From assembly GCF_964355755.1 (NCBI RefSeq), contig NC_092671.1, positions 7,502,001 to 7,566,000 on the forward strand: a stretch of DNA of 64,000 bases, written 5' to 3'. The DNA is from Antedon mediterranea. Lineage: Eukaryota; Animalia; Echinodermata. The notes beneath the pieces were generated by a model, which searched no databases, was not told the DNA's origin, and worked only from the letters and a program-made list of their open reading frames with translations. Of the stretch, positions 13,280 to 28,195 are shown in pieces (position 1 is the first letter of the stretch; each line of letters begins with the position of its first letter). A program made the translations under genes and the position numbers.

Positions 13280-14403
13280 TACCCCTTTTACACTATCACT
13301 GTAACAGCGGTGTAACCCCGCAGTTGTTGGTACACCGGGTAGTTAAACGCCGGTGTTGTGGTTTTTATTGACTGGTGTAAATGGGAAAATCCAACCACCC
13401 CGGTGTGGTCTCCCCGGGGTGAAACGAAGCTGAATGTTTTCCGGTGTACCTTCTCCGGTGTAGTCGAATCTACACCGGGGACAAGAAGTGTAAACGGTTT
13501 TTGTGGTTCAACACCGAGCTGTTAAAGGTCATTGACGTGAAAATGTAACATTTTGTCACAGAAATACAATATATTATGCGAACAAAATAGGTTTTTTGCT
13601 TAAAATACACCCTTTTTGCTTAAAATAATAATTGTACGATATATTGTGCTGTTCGTTATTTTATTATTTATTTATTTATATTTAAAGGCAAAAACACATT
13701 TGTGATTTTTTTTTCTGCTGAAAATATTGAAATTTTTCATGTGCATTCTACCTTACCAGAAAGCCTAAAATAATGTAATATTGGTGTAACTCTACCCTGG
13801 CCGATTCTATATGTAGGCCTAATTATTGAAAAGGGGAAAAATATATATAATACTGACGTCTTTAGGAACTGAAAAAGTAGGCCTACCATATAATAATTTT
13901 CCTTCATTGATACATTGTTATGCTAATTAACAAATACATTTTTTATTTTAAATACTTACCATACCTACCCTATTTTTATGCCAACCTAACAATTTAAGGC
14001 CTATTTGTACGTACAGTCTACCAGGCGGAAATGCAGTCATTTTAAAAATAAAAATAATTGTTAGGCCCTAATTTTTAAATAATAAATGATAATCTTAATA
14101 GCCACAAAGAAAATATAACACTGGACTACATTCAAAATTAAATAAATTGTGTGTAAATTCGGATTATTATGTTTTTATATGAGATTTGTCGATATGTTCC
14201 AGTATTTTAACATTTAAACCATTAGTCAGTTAAGTTCCAGTGTGCGCTTGCAATAGTGATTTGATTGACAGCACCGGGGTGATCGATGCAGTGTAAATGG
14301 GCGCAACTCGAGTTCATCTCGCAGTTTTTTTGGCTAGTGTAAATGGAAATTGCCTCCGAGTTCAACTCGTGTTCCTCTCTCAGTCGATAGTGTAAAAAGG
14401 GTA
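13280..14403. mobile_element. 1.12-kb non-autonomous DNA transposon, PIF/Harbinger-type (TAA TSD)
   Basis: TIR TACCCCTTTTACACTATC / GATAGTGTAAAAAGGGTA (17/18 match); TAA at 13277-79 and 14404-06; GC-rich subterminal (CC)GGTGT/GTGTAAA repeats; AT-rich non-coding core. Confidence 0.88.
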
Positions 14404-15549
14404 TAATTGAGATTATTTCTGCTGCTTATCGCTGAGTAACCCTTTATTTGGAAATAGATTTAATTTTAATAATTAAGATCATTCCGAAGTTTGTGCTCCT
14501 AGAAAATCATTTTAAATCAATTGGTAGTCGTCAACGAAAAATATTAAATTCAATGAACTCACGGTAAAATAATCTACAATAGTGGTCAATCAAGTATCTG
14601 TTATTTTACGTTGAAACTAAAAGTTTCACAGTGATAACTAGTTAAATTGTTCCACACAAACAGAGTGTTTTTAACTTTTATTTAAATGAGAACGCTCTTT
14701 AACCAGTTATATAAAGTAATTTTCCTGTTTCTACTGCCAGAGAAATTAGAGGTAATTTATTCACACAGGTATGAATCAGTTTTTGTTCGCAGCAGAAACT
14801 CGTTCTGTTATATTATATTGTTTGAAAGTTTGTAGAGTGCACAAGGCACATAATCTGGGATTTAAATCTGACTTTCTACAGTACCTTCTACTGTACAAAA
14901 TTAATTTATAGAAACAAATTGATTCATTGAATAGATTGTTAATTATAGTAATAATAACTAGAGGACTAACGAAGTAGGTTAATTAACTTATGCTATTTCA
15001 CCAAATCGACAGTTTATAGCAAAGACTTTGTATCATAACATGAACTTCTTGCCAAGAACATAATTCTGCTCTCATAAAAATACCTCTGTATTTATTGTTT
15101 GATAGGAGTGTCTCAATTTGCTCAATTCTAGATTCATGCAATAACCTAACTAACATTTGTGTTTGCATTGTCTTGGAAAACTGTGTGTAGATCAATCATG
15201 GAGGTATAAAAATAGAATTCTTTTATGGCAATTTCCTGTTACTCTGGTGAAAAAATATAAATTTTTTTTATGATCATTTTATATCACTTATTAATATATT
15301 CAGACATTTATGGTTTTGTATCGTAAAGTGAGGTCATATTATATTATTGTAATTTATTTAGCTAACGCTTTTGAATACAAAGTGTCATTGATCGTGACTT
15401 GTATGTACCTCACTAATTTTGTATTAAACTTGAGCAAAGTTGTTGTAGGAGATGGCTTCCTAGTTCAGATTTACAGTATGGAGTTGTACGACCGTGTACA
15501 GTCCGAAATCATAACTCTGAGTGTAGGTTTGAACAGGCCCTAAGTCTTA

Positions 15550-16114
15550 AGCTCTGATTATACTATCAAACTTTATGTGACAAAAAAATGTGATGTGCCC
15601 ATATATGGACTAAAGCCTCGTCTACACTATCAAACTTTATGTGACAAAAAAATGTGATGTGCCCATATGGACTAAAGCCTCATCTACACTATCAAACTTT
15701 ATGTGACAAAAAAATGTGATGTGCCCATATATGGACTAAAGCCTTGTCTACACTATCAAACTTTATGTGACAAAAAAATGTGATGTGCCCATATATGGAC
15801 TAAAACCTCGTCTACACTATCAAACTTTATGTGACAAAAAAATGTGATGTGCCCATATATGGACTAAAGCCTTGTCTACACTATCAAACTTTATGTGACA
15901 AAAAAATGTGATGTGCCCATATATGGACTAAAGCCTCGTCTACACTATCAAACTTTATGTGACAAACAAATGTGATGTGCCCAAATATGGACTAAAGCTT
16001 CGTCTACACTATCAAACTTTATGTGACAAAAAAAATGTGATGTGATCATATATGATGATGTCATATCACTACCACCATATTTAGGCACATCAAACTAGTT
16101 TGATAGTGTAGACT
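15550..16114 (+). repeat. Tandem array of ~64-bp units derived from the MITE A left arm (7 truncated units plus 1 near-complete element)
   Basis: Unit starts at 15550, 15614, 15676, 15740, 15804, 15868, 15932, 15996; unit = AGCCTCGTCTACACTATCAAACTTTATGTGACAAAAAAATGTGATGTGCCCATATATGGAC+TAA; the last unit runs on to AGTTTGATAGTGTAGAC. Confidence 0.95.
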
Positions 16115-19100
16115 AAGTCATAGGCCACAGATACAACTTATAGCATAAAGGAATTAATTATACCAAGAATACTACTTAAATACTGTACAATGTGTGTCGG
16201 AACTAAAGGTAAATTCCCAAAATTGAAAGAAAACATTGATTTATAAACAGCTGTGCGTTGTAAATCACATGATTTGTGTTTAGTTTTCGCCACACTTTCA
16301 AACACTATTGATAACCATGTAATGCATCTTTCAAATTAATGATAGTTTAATTAATTAAAACTACCGTGATTGAATATATTTCACGAGTATTAATCCATGT
16401 TATTGTCAAGTATACTGAATTTACACATTAAATTTCACTTTAATCTCAGTTCTAAAATATCCCACTTTAGTAAACGTGAGCTTTTACTAAACTAAGTAGG
16501 GCACTGCAAATTGTTAGTTCTCGCGATTGTCAACATCGATATAGCTAGGATGTATTGACAATTTAACATTATGAAGTAGAATGTAAAATATGCAATCACG
16601 GTTCAGAACGGTGAAAAGAGATCATATTATTTGGTGAAGACATTAACCCTAAAGGATTTACATTACTGATTGCATGCGGTTTTATACACATATTTCAAAG
16701 CGTCTACTAGAATATATATCAGGCATAAAAACTTGAACTGTGCCTCATTTTATTTCCAAATTGAATTATATATATACATATACAGTTATTTCTTTAAAAA
16801 AAGAAGTTACATGTGTTTCTTCGAAATATTAGTTTTAACACCATTTGTCCATGTCCTAAAATTGAAAATAATGCTCCAAACTGGTGGACACAAATTGTAT
16901 GTAAACTATCAAGCCTAAGTGGCACTAATTAATATTTTTTTGCAATACAAGTAAATCAGCTGCCTTGATTTCATTTAAATTATTTCAAGAAAGCAAGGAC
17001 ACGCTCCATTGATTAACCCGCAATATTTAATTATTATTATTATTGTTGTGCAAGGTTTTGTCTATTAACCAACCAATTATGATGATAAGCAGGATAAAAG
17101 AATGAAAAACCACTGAGTTTAAAATCAATAATTTTTTGGACGGATGTTTATGCTCTTGTCTATGTTATGCTCTGTACACTATAAAGCCGTTTATTTAATG
17201 CAAAAAAGCTTTTTTCGTGATTTCTTTACTGCAAGTGCAACCATATCATTTTTCCCACCTGTGTGCAATTGGCTCAATAAGAATATATGCTGCATATTTT
17301 TTAATAATGATAATAATTTGTTGTGGCAATACACGCAGTAAACAAATAGTAATTTTCACAGCATTTTACGAAATGCTGTTAATATCCATAGAGACAACAT
17401 TCATTTTAAAAGAGCTTTATTTAAATAAATGGGTTTTTAGACAGGATTTAAAAATGTTTAATGAGCTACACTGGAAGCTTGTTCTTTTAAAAAGTTATTG
17501 TTTGTGAACACCTCATACTGGCTTTACTTGGAAAGTAACAAAATACTGAATATGACTGTTATTATTGCAACCCAAATAAATATGTTACAAATTTATTTTT
17601 TAATATTCCAACATTCTCCATATAAAGATGCGGCATGTGTTTAATTACAGAATTAATTCCAAATATTTAACAAATCCTAATATGGTCATTTTTATCTGTC
17701 ACTATTAACTAGGTCTGACCGAACTTAGGGCCATTTTTGTCATTAGTTTAATTTACAATTCCAGCCAGTTGACCCCTCCACTCATTGTGTCAATATTTAT
17801 CAGATGTGTGGCTGAAGACTTGCCAGATGAGAGAGGCTTACAAAGTATTTGAAAGAAGTACAAATTTGAGATTGATAGTTCTGATAAGATACCATTCTCA
17901 TCTAATGTACATTATTAATCTTCATCATCATCATATTTTCTAATGCTGTATTTTGCCCAAAAGCAGATGTATTTTCTGGCATCAGGGAAGTTGGAATATG
18001 TCATTTATCATTAAAAAGATCATCTAAAAAAGACATTACGGTTCTATTTTTATTAGCCTAGACATTTTCATTATTACCAAATGCCAGATCGCATAATTGG
18101 CCCACAAAAATGTAAAAGGTAATTCTAATGTTATACTTGATTAACATTTTTGAAATTGTATTTGATATAGAAATGTTTTCACATGGGCTATATCCCACAA
18201 TCTAGGGTTTTATAACTTTGATTAAAAAGGAGACATGATTATTATCAAAGATACAATCAGTGGGAACAACTTTTGAAAGTGTAATGATGTTTTTTAACCT
18301 TTTGGCCGGTAAAATGACAATGATTTTCTTTTCTCATTAAACAGCATTAGATTTTGGACAAGATATAATCTAATGAGAATTAAGAGAGGTTTTAAAAAAA
18401 TGCAAAAACTAAACAAATCTCCTTTATTATTGGATTGTCACTGAAATATCCTCTTAAATGACATCATCAATGTCATCATCACTGATATGATTTATTAGAA
18501 TTCTGTATGTATTTAAAACAAAAATTATTCCATTATAGTTTATTGAAGTTTAGATTATGAAATCAATTATATAAATGTAAAATGTATTATTATTAATCCA
18601 AAAGGTAAGAGAAATTCTTTTTTTTCAAAAAGCTTATATAATCTACTGCCCTCTGTTGGGAAGATGGAAATAATAATTGGCAGGTAATAATATATGATAA
18701 TTAAATATTCATCATTAACAGAATAAGAAGATTTTGAAAAAAGGTGTAAGACTTCAGAAAGGATTTCCTGAAGCAAATGTGTGTGTATGAATATGTTACA
18801 TGTGAGTTAATGTGAGAAGATAACTATAAACCAAAATCTGTTCTTGGTTGGAGAAATGAATACCTTGCTTGGAGAATGTTGATTTAGCCTTCACTTATCT
18901 AAATTGGAATCTCTCATTTAGTAATTGAGGTCAGCTAATATTGTATTAATTGCTTGAGACAATTATTATCTTCATTAAACAAACTCATTACATGAATAAT
19001 TGCAATTTATAATGGAACATGCATGCTTTGATTGTATACAAAGCACTGCGTTTCATTTAATAAATTTAATCATCAGATTCAGCAGTGATTTCTCCCCTCT

Positions 19101-22100
19101 CCTGAAAATGGAATATTCTGCAATTAAATCTCCTCCTTGCCTGTAGTTGCTGTGGAACTCCAATGACCAGTTTTGACATGTGCAGATAATAACGAACTAC
19201 TATAAGACTACAACTATTCTCATCTTCTTCCCAGCCGCTTGTGCTTGAACACTTCCCCGAGCTTGTTTGTTATTCGTTTCATACGCACCTGCTGTAATAA
19301 GTTTCTTTCGATTTTCACGTATACAAACTGAAATGGATTTCTTCCTAGAGGTCTGACATTGAACCAGAGATTCAACTGTATGTAGTAGTATAATCATTTC
19401 CCAAACCTTGTAAGTTTAATCTTCTTCTATTTTGTTTGTATTGGATGATGCTATTGGATTTCAATGTACATATTACAGATAGGCTGTACATATAGGAATC
19501 TGTTATCATTGTTTTGTATATTTCAAGTAGGTATCCATTAGTCGTGGGAGGCGAGTTAAATAATCGATAAAATCTGCTTCTAGGTGATTGTACATTGAAT
19601 TTTAAACTGATAACTTGCATAAAATTGTCCTAAATTTAACTTTTAAATTATCATTCTATTTTAAGAAGATTTCTTTCTTTTCTAAATTGTGCACTCTAGT
19701 GCAGTCTTGATAATCACAGAAATATGAATCTCATAATTTATTAAAATAATATTTGTGAAAATCATTAAGATTTGTTGCTATTTTGCACCATAGTAATTAT
19801 TTATATCTTAGGTCTCAGCTTATAATGTGTTTGCAAGTTAATAAGTTAGATAGATAATAGGCCTATACAGTATTAAATTAAAGGAAATTGTTAATTATAT
19901 ATTTTACAACTCTGTAGCTAAATATTGCTATCATGAGGAACGCCATCTGAAATGTTCCATTTAGGATTTAGATACTTATTGTAGACGATAATTGTATTTT
20001 TTTGCCTTTTACTTGTTCCTATCCCCTAACTGTCTGTGTCTGTCACCAAACAAGAATTGTCATCATTGAAATAACTGATATAATAACTGATATATCAAAA
20101 CTATTATACTTTTTAACTACATTATTGCACGCAGCAAAAATAATAGAAAGTACATTAAGGAAATACAACAACATTTAATGTTAGGTTTTTAATTCACCTG
20201 CTTTCAATGTTTTGTAAATGACAGTGAAAATCCAATTAGCAAAACATACACAATTTCATTAAACCAAAAGAAAATCAGGATGAAAGAATGAATACCAAGG
20301 AATGTTTATTATAAATTTATAATATTGATACAGTCTCTGTCATTATTAAATTTATGGAATATTTATAACTAGCTCAGTACTCACTCATTCTGTTTGAGAA
20401 ACCTGATTGATTTCTTTGGTCTATTAGAATCCCAAGAGTGTAACAACGCATTATAATTGTAGGAATGATAATAAGTATGACGTTAGTACGGTATAAAATA
20501 AAACAATTAAAACCAGGCTAGGCCTATGTGACATTTGGATGTATGGAAAAAGCTGAATAGCGTGCTTAAAGACCCGAAGGTTGTCACTTAATGACTTGCC
20601 TGAAGCCACGCTGTATCTGATTTTCTTGGTTGGGGCTAGCATTTCATCACCATTATACCGTTGTCTTGCTACTTATATTGATTCTTAGTATAAACTAAAT
20701 CACTGCAGGTGTCAGAATGGACAGTGCTAAAAACAACGATTTAAAGCAATGGTGCATGCTGGGACAATTGACCATTCATGTGTATTTTAACGCAATAAAT
20801 GATACTATCATTTGTAATTCTTGCATACATTTATCTGTCTGGGTTTATGCCTTGTTGTAAATCCTATTGGCTGACTAATCAACAGGAAATTAATAATTAT
20901 TGTATATTTCACCTGATATGTAATTTATACGAAGATTTAATTGAAAAGCTTAAATTACAATTTGTATAAAAATTATTGGAATCAAGGCAATCAATCTATT
21001 TATTGATTTTTTTATAAAGATTCATAATATTACGTACTTAGCCTATTAGTTCATTGTGTTTCCTAATTATTGATGGTTGGTTAAAGTCTTAAAAACCTAT
21101 GAATAATTCCATCCTTAGACATTTTTCCCACCAGTAACTTGTTTTTTTCTCTGGTAAAATTGTATATTCCAATTTCATTTTTCTTTTATATAGAGAAGAA
21201 TAGTATTTAATGTCATTTGCCATTTTCCTTAATATGGATTATTATTGATGATTTGAAATTTAACAAAGATGGGAGATGGTATACCAATTATAAAAAACTG
21301 TTTTAACGTTCCTTTCTAAATTTATCACACATTAGATATTTTTAATCTATTTCTTACCAGAAAACCAGACAAAGTCTATGTTATTGTTACTAAAATAGTT
21401 TATGTTTCTTTTCCTATTACTATACTCCACTTGAAGGTTACAAAAAAGAAACTGTGAAAGAAGTTATAGATTGGCTGTGAATAGTAAGCAGATGCCCTGT
21501 TTCTTCGTAAACCTAGGTACAGGTTGATTTAGGGATATAACCTGCCTGGTCTTGCCACATCACCTTTTTATTGTTTTGACACCCTGAATAAACAAACTTG
21601 AACATTGTTAGTATTAGCTTACCTACATCAAGTCTAAACATCTGTTGTAATTTGCATTTTAATTTACCACACTGGTTTGCCTTCCCTATTGTCTGTATTA
21701 TTTAGAAAATCTAAATTATTGATGATTTACTATTCAAATTCAATGTTGATTTGCAGAAGCTGAATAAAACTGAATAAATACATTTTAGAAGATGTAAATA
21801 CCTTAGTTGCAGCTAGTTTATAATAATTAACCAAAAATGTTTAAATCATACAAGAGACATACATTTCAAAATGTACGACTTCCTGTAAACTCTCTCTATA
21901 TATATAATATCTCAAATATTATTGAAGTTGGCAAAAATTTATACTTTTAAAAATGTTGATTGGCCTCATAACATCTTCTCCTTTACAAACTATAGACAAC
22001 AAAATTCTCCACTTTGAACAGGACAGTATCCCAAGTTGTTTAGTTACCTTTAATACAAGCTAATAATATGTACAATGGAAAAGACAAACTATCCCCATGT

Positions 22101-24856
22101 TATATATACCGTATATACAACGTTTAGTACACACCGGTAGTTTAATTTTCTCTTTCCATTTTCCTTTAGGGCATTTAAGAAAATCATGTTATTAGCTTCC
22201 ATAATGTAAACAATATATGAATGTTAAATTATTAAAGACAAAACATGCTTTTATATTCAAACAGATTATATTTTTCAAATAATAATATAATGGAAATGAA
22301 TTGTACTTCCATTTATTTTTTGTTAATATAATGATTATATGACCTCAAGGAAAGTGGTATTTCCATCATAAAAATATCTAGTTATACTGATCGTTGAATA
22401 ATATATATCGGATAAGACAAGTTTTATTGGAAAGTACCTGTTTTTGGTGATTTTTACCTAACCTATCAAAAGCTATTTGTTCTCAGAATCTTCAGTGACA
22501 TTTTAAATGTCAATACTCTAGCAACAATCATTTTATTTAACTTATTGTTCAGAAAATTATTTGATACTACTATAAAGTATTAATAATTATAATGTCACGT
22601 GTAGTAGGCCTATGTATCCACAAACAGCTTTGAGTGGGTCAGGGTGTAAAACCTTTGTAGTAGGGTATTGGAATGTATCTCGTTTGGTGTGCGTGATGAT
22701 GGTTGAAAAGGTGTTTTGCTGGAGGAATCCGTAGCTTTGCCAAAACCCATCATAAATCACCTTCCTACCTCTGTCCAAGACAAACTGTATCTATGTTAAT
22801 TTTCTACATAGCACACTCGTTCACATGTTTGATGACGAATAACTCTTTTCACGGACAAGTAAAGGAGTTATACCATTTTAAATACAAAATACATTTTTAG
22901 AGTTCTATTTTACATAACACACTCTTACTACAGAGTATTTATTACATCAATTCTTTGCCACCCAATCAAAGGACTAGCAGATATACGCTACCAACCTTTA
23001 ACTAACAGTTAGGCAAAGATCAGGAGCGAAGAACTCATGAAACTTGATACGCTTAAATTATCATTCTCAATGGGGAAGCTATCAGAAAATAGGCCAGAAT
23101 CTGTAGGCCTAGCACATCTAATAATATATCATAGTTAATGGAAGGTGGGAATTGGTGCCCAAATTAGGCATACGAGCACTAATGACTCTCTTGTCGCTCT
23201 GGTTAGTCCCCTATCGTGCTTAGTCTATTTTATTGACAGTGATGAAAGCCGCCAGATCATTTAATCCTCTCCGCAGGATTTGAATCATCACATAACATCA
23301 TCCTAACATTGATCCAAATTGTGCACATACACAAATAATGCAATTGACCAGGGAGAAAAATTAATTTCTGAAGATTATGTAATTATCTATTATTCTATAA
23401 TTATACGTATAGCATTGGATATTATGAAGTTTGAATGATTTAGCTTCTCAGATCGCCAGAGCATGACATCTCTTGCATAATGAACAGCATGCACCTGCCT
23501 TGTAATACTTAATAACTGTTAATATTCCATCTTCTTTTCATGAAATTGTTGCTGTAAGTAACTAGAAATAGTTTGTCATCCACATAATGAAAATATCAAA
23601 TTAATTGGAGGATTATCCCATCCAAGAACAAGAAAGGTCTACTGATAATATAATTAAAAATATTCATTTTTTTAAATTATGAGAAATATTAGTGTATTTA
23701 TAGCTAATAAAGTAATTACTTTTAATAATTTTGTAAAGTGTAATCTCTATAGCTAATTTACAGTTCCCAATTTGACGTTAAATTTATATGTTTAAAAAAC
23801 TTTGAAAAACTAAAATGTAGCAAATAATGATGCCATCATCTAAAGTTGAAAAAACGAGAGGTGGACTCCAGTATTTTTTACTTGTCCCCGGCCTATCATC
23901 GTGCTAGAGGTCGGCATGAGGGAGTGTTGACATGTAAAAAAAAATAAATATAAAAGAGTGCATAAACTTTTAGATGGTGATAATTAGGCACAGAGTTTTG
24001 ATATTCATTTTATACAAATGGTAAAATATATATGGACAGTGTGAGACTTTTTTGTACATTAAAATGAGATTCTTTATCTTAATTCATCTGTTGTCAAGAT
24101 TACAATCTGTATCCTTAATATACTGTAATAAGGTCTATTTATAGACATAGGCCAGCTAAGATTTCAAACAGTGAGTATGATTTATGTTTCAAATTGGTTA
24201 GAATTGTGTATCTATAATTCAACACCCATTTACTTGTAATGCACTGGTGTAAGTACAAGTACAGTGTGTCAGAATGAATTAGACCAACCTATAGATTTAC
24301 CTTGAACTTGTTGATTGATAGGTCTGAGAAACAAAGCCAATGTATAGGAGGTCAAATCCATGCTTACTGTAGAAAAACTCATAAATTAATAATTCATACA
24401 ATTTTACCCAGTTTCATAATACATCTATTAGTGTCAATAAAAAAGAATGTTTAACAAAAGTTGTTTATTAAAAGCTTCCGGAATCGCCTATTACATCCCA
24501 AAGGTCGTGTATAGGTGTTTTGTTGAAAGGTGTATAAATTGAATAAATCATTGATGCTGGCATTTTATAGGCCAGCTATTAGTGTTAATAAAAAGTATTT
24601 TACATGTTGCTAAATACTTTGTGATAATAAATGTCAGAATAGCTAACACTAACAGCAACACAATGTGGAATAATGCATACTTCATTTCTTGCATGTACTG
24701 TAGGCCTACTATAATATGTGTACATTTATATATAATAAAGATCAAAAGAATAAAAGGGCTGTCTCCTTCTAATTCAAAACAATTTGTGCACCGTTGGTCC
24801 TCCCACCTCTCCCTGCCTCCATTGTGTGTTGGCATTCTCCCAGTGGTTGTTTTTGT

Positions 24857-24989
24857 TCTGTCTACACTATCAAACTCGTTGTGATGTGATGTGCCAAAAT
24901 TTGGTAGTGAACCAAATATGGTAGTGATATGACATCATCATGTCCATATATGGGCACATCACATTTTTTTTGTGACAACAAGTTTGATA
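24857..24989 (-). mobile_element. MITE family A copy, end-truncated
   Basis: TCTGTCTACACTATCAAACT...TGACATCATCATGTCCATATATGGGCACATCACATTTTTTTTGTGACAACAAGTTTGATA. Confidence 0.85.
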
Positions 24990-25754
24990 CTGCATTTAGT
25001 TAACTGTTTATGTTTTAATCTGGGTGGCTGTCAGTGTATTTTGCGTTTAATTTTTTGGTTGTATAATTTTTCATGTACTTTTATTAATCGTAATCTTGTG
25101 ATTGTATCAGGAAATATTAAGTGGCAGGTACTTTAGTTAATAAGAGCAGTCGAAGGCTACGATGAAATTAACAATATATCCATTATAATCAACTACATGA
25201 AATATTAATGTATTAGTTGTTGTTTAATTCACGAAATAATATCTTATATATTATATTTTATTTATACAAGAAAATAGAAACATATTTTTGTTTGTAATTT
25301 GTAATGACAAATGTTTAATACCGTACTGAAAATAATATCAATGATTTATCAAAATGTTTTTAATTAAAGAAATTACCTATAAAATGAATAATAAAACAGC
25401 AGCAAAAATAGTAGCTGTGTGAATGACTCTTGATGTTTAGATAATTGTTTTTGTAGGCAGTTGGCAACATTTTCGTGAGGTAAAGCAAGCCTATTTACTG
25501 GCACAGTTTTTTCTGTTGATTTCTAGTTTGAAAAGGAGGCTATTCGAACCCTATGAATCTCTCTGGTTTGGTAGGTGGGTGCTGATAGAGATGATAGCTA
25601 GGATATAAGGGTTTTTTAATATAATAATAATAAGTCTATTATTTTTAATAATATTTGCAGAATAAATGATTTATAGTCTGAAGACCTAGTTATTATCTTT
25701 GATGCCCATTTTTGGCTTTGTAAAAATTACCTGACCTATTTAATTTAGAAAAAG

Positions 25755-26620
25755 TCAATCAATCAATCAATCAATCTTTATTTTTCCATCATTATTCATA
25801 ACAAACATAACAAAAATACAATTTAAGATGGAGGACGTACAACTAAGGCAGAGCCTGAAAAAACGTTGTACAACCTTTACAATAAAAACACTAACAAAAA
25901 CATACACATACAAATATTGAAGGACATAAATAAATATATATAAGAATACATATAAATTCACAATATACATATATAAAGACGCAACCCACCCACCCTTGTG
26001 GTCAATCTTCAATACATTTTGATGCATCCTTCTGTCTATACTTTTGAACTGCAAATTTACTTCAAAATATGTAAAAGGCTATAATTCATTCTTTACACGT
26101 ATCTGTCCATTGACACCGGTTTCATGTATGATAAATTATTTAATGTATGTATTTAGAACGATAAGATTAATCACTATTGTATATTGTGATAGAAAATCTA
26201 GCACTCGTTTCTTGAAAACGACAATAATTGTTGTTCTAAAAATCACAATGAATTTAATGCATGTGGTCACTTCCAACAAAAATCCACAAAAGGTAGGATT
26301 TTTCCTAAAGTAGCCTTACATTTTCATTTACACACACTCTTCAAAGTATAATATCACATTTCTCCTTGGTATGTTACAAAATACATGGAAGTGTAAATAA
26401 AGTGTCTTCCACCTTAAAATTTAGTTTAAAACCAGCTCAGCTTGATTTTCAGCAAGCATCTTTAATATAAAGCCACTCTTTACCACCTAGTTCCACCTAT
26501 ACTATACATCATTTTTCATATTTGAACACAGTCCAAATTAGCCAAGCAAAATAAAATAAATATACCGGTCTCACGGATGAGTATCTTTGATCTTTCTGCA
26601 ACAGGAATGTGTGATATAAA
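25755..26620 (-). mobile_element. Degraded LINE 3' end
   Basis: (CAAT)5 at 25755-25776, i.e. an (ATTG)n tail on the - strand, preceded by AATAAA and a T-rich 3'UTR; upstream sequence is decayed, so the inner boundary is approximate. Confidence 0.45.
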
Positions 26621-26688
26621 GATAGTCTAGGAATTGGTTTAAAAATTGCTGACATTTATATAGTGTCTACTACACTTATTGGATGTTT

Positions 26689-26776
26689 CCCCAGCAGGAA
26701 CAGCCTGATATTGGCCTCATGGTTTAGGAGTACCCCAGCAGGAACAGCCTGAAATTGGCCTCATGGTTTAGGAGTA
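26689..26776. repeat. Tandem duplication, 2 x 44 bp
   Basis: CCCCAGCAGGAACAGCCTGAWATTGGCCTCATGGTTTAGGAGTA twice, one mismatch. Confidence 0.95.
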
Positions 26777-28033
26777 CTGTATTTTTTTATTATTATTCTA
26801 GAATAAAATATGAACAAAGAAAAATAAATGAAATACTGTAGATATAATTACCCTGCAAAACATTAATAATGTTTGAGAATGAAAACTAGTTAATCTTTAA
26901 ATTTCATTAGGTTTGATTAAAGTAATGTTTTCTGAAACCTAATAAATACAGTTTGCCAGTGACATTAATTTAAATTTATACCTACATTGTATGAAATATA
27001 TTAAGATAAACAAATTAATGACGTAATAAAATTAAGTTAACTTACGTTTATAACTGAGATAATTTGATTTATAATGAACAAAGTAGTATGTTAATTTTTT
27101 AGTTTTGGTGCCTGATTTGATTTTGTGTTTCTGGCTAAATCTGTTAGGCTAGTTGGTACACATACAATTTTGCAAATTCACTACAAAACTAAGGTACCAG
27201 TAAAAAAAACCATTTATCTGTACTATAATGTTCAGAGTCACAATTTGTTAACTATAACTGGTTTCGGGTAAGGTAATGTTATGAACTAGGCCGCAATTTA
27301 GCCTTAGACAACTGTTGTTACGTTAAAAAGTCTGTAAACATCTGTAGGCGATGTCAATTTTCATGTGTGTGTCATGAATGTATACATACATACTTATTGT
27401 ATCCCATCATCCGCATGGACCGGAACAACAGAGTTTTTTACGCAAAGGGGTTGATTGCTGTGTCTGAACATGTTAACTTTTATCGCCACAGATTACTGTA
27501 TGCCTTGCATTATATCATAAACCTTAATGCTATGTGTGCCTGAACATACCTTTAATTAATAGAACAGACAGCAAGATTAATATCCATCTCTGGCTTGGTT
27601 TTTTAGTAGGCCATGTAAATACCTCTTAACATACCAAAACACCATTTAGTTTACAAATTGAGCGCTGTTATATCTGTAGCATCCATTAAAATCTGTAATC
27701 AAATTATGCTTTGAAAACACAAAGTGGCTAAATAAAAGACAGATTCACTCTAATAATGTAGGTTGTATATCAATTCTCCTTTTAAATAACAGTGTAACCT
27801 TTCTTGTTTTCTTTGTCCAGCTTTAATGTCTGTTTCATTTAATACAACATTGCATTATGTGTGTCTATGCATTTGCATTAGTATGTACATTGGTATTTTT
27901 TTCTAATGTTTTATAACTATTGTGTTTGTGTAGTATGTGCACATATACAATAATTGAACACGCTTTAACAAAAATTAAATAAAAAATGATGATAAAAAAA
28001 AACTGTTTTATTGATAGTTATATAGGCCTAGTA

Positions 28034-28195
28034 CAGTACTAATAGAGTACTATTTAGGGGACAACCATATTAATAAGGGTAACTTTCCTGTGAAATGAAG
28101 AGGGCCAATGTTTTATTACTACAGCCAATCCCAATTCAGGGAATGGGGAAACTGTTTTGCACCCTGAAGGTGTCCTCTTAATAGAGGTTTAACAG
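28034..28195. mobile_element. Degenerate Tc1/mariner (pogo/Tigger-like) MITE
   Basis: TA|CAGT..CTATTTAGGGGACA ... TGTCCTCTTAATAGAGGTTTAACAG|TA, imperfect inverted ends. Confidence 0.5.

Noticed and set aside
15550-16114. CRISPR-like array
   Set aside because: Units are contiguous near-identical repeats without unique spacers, derive from a MITE found elsewhere in the window, and no cas genes are present in this eukaryotic DNA.
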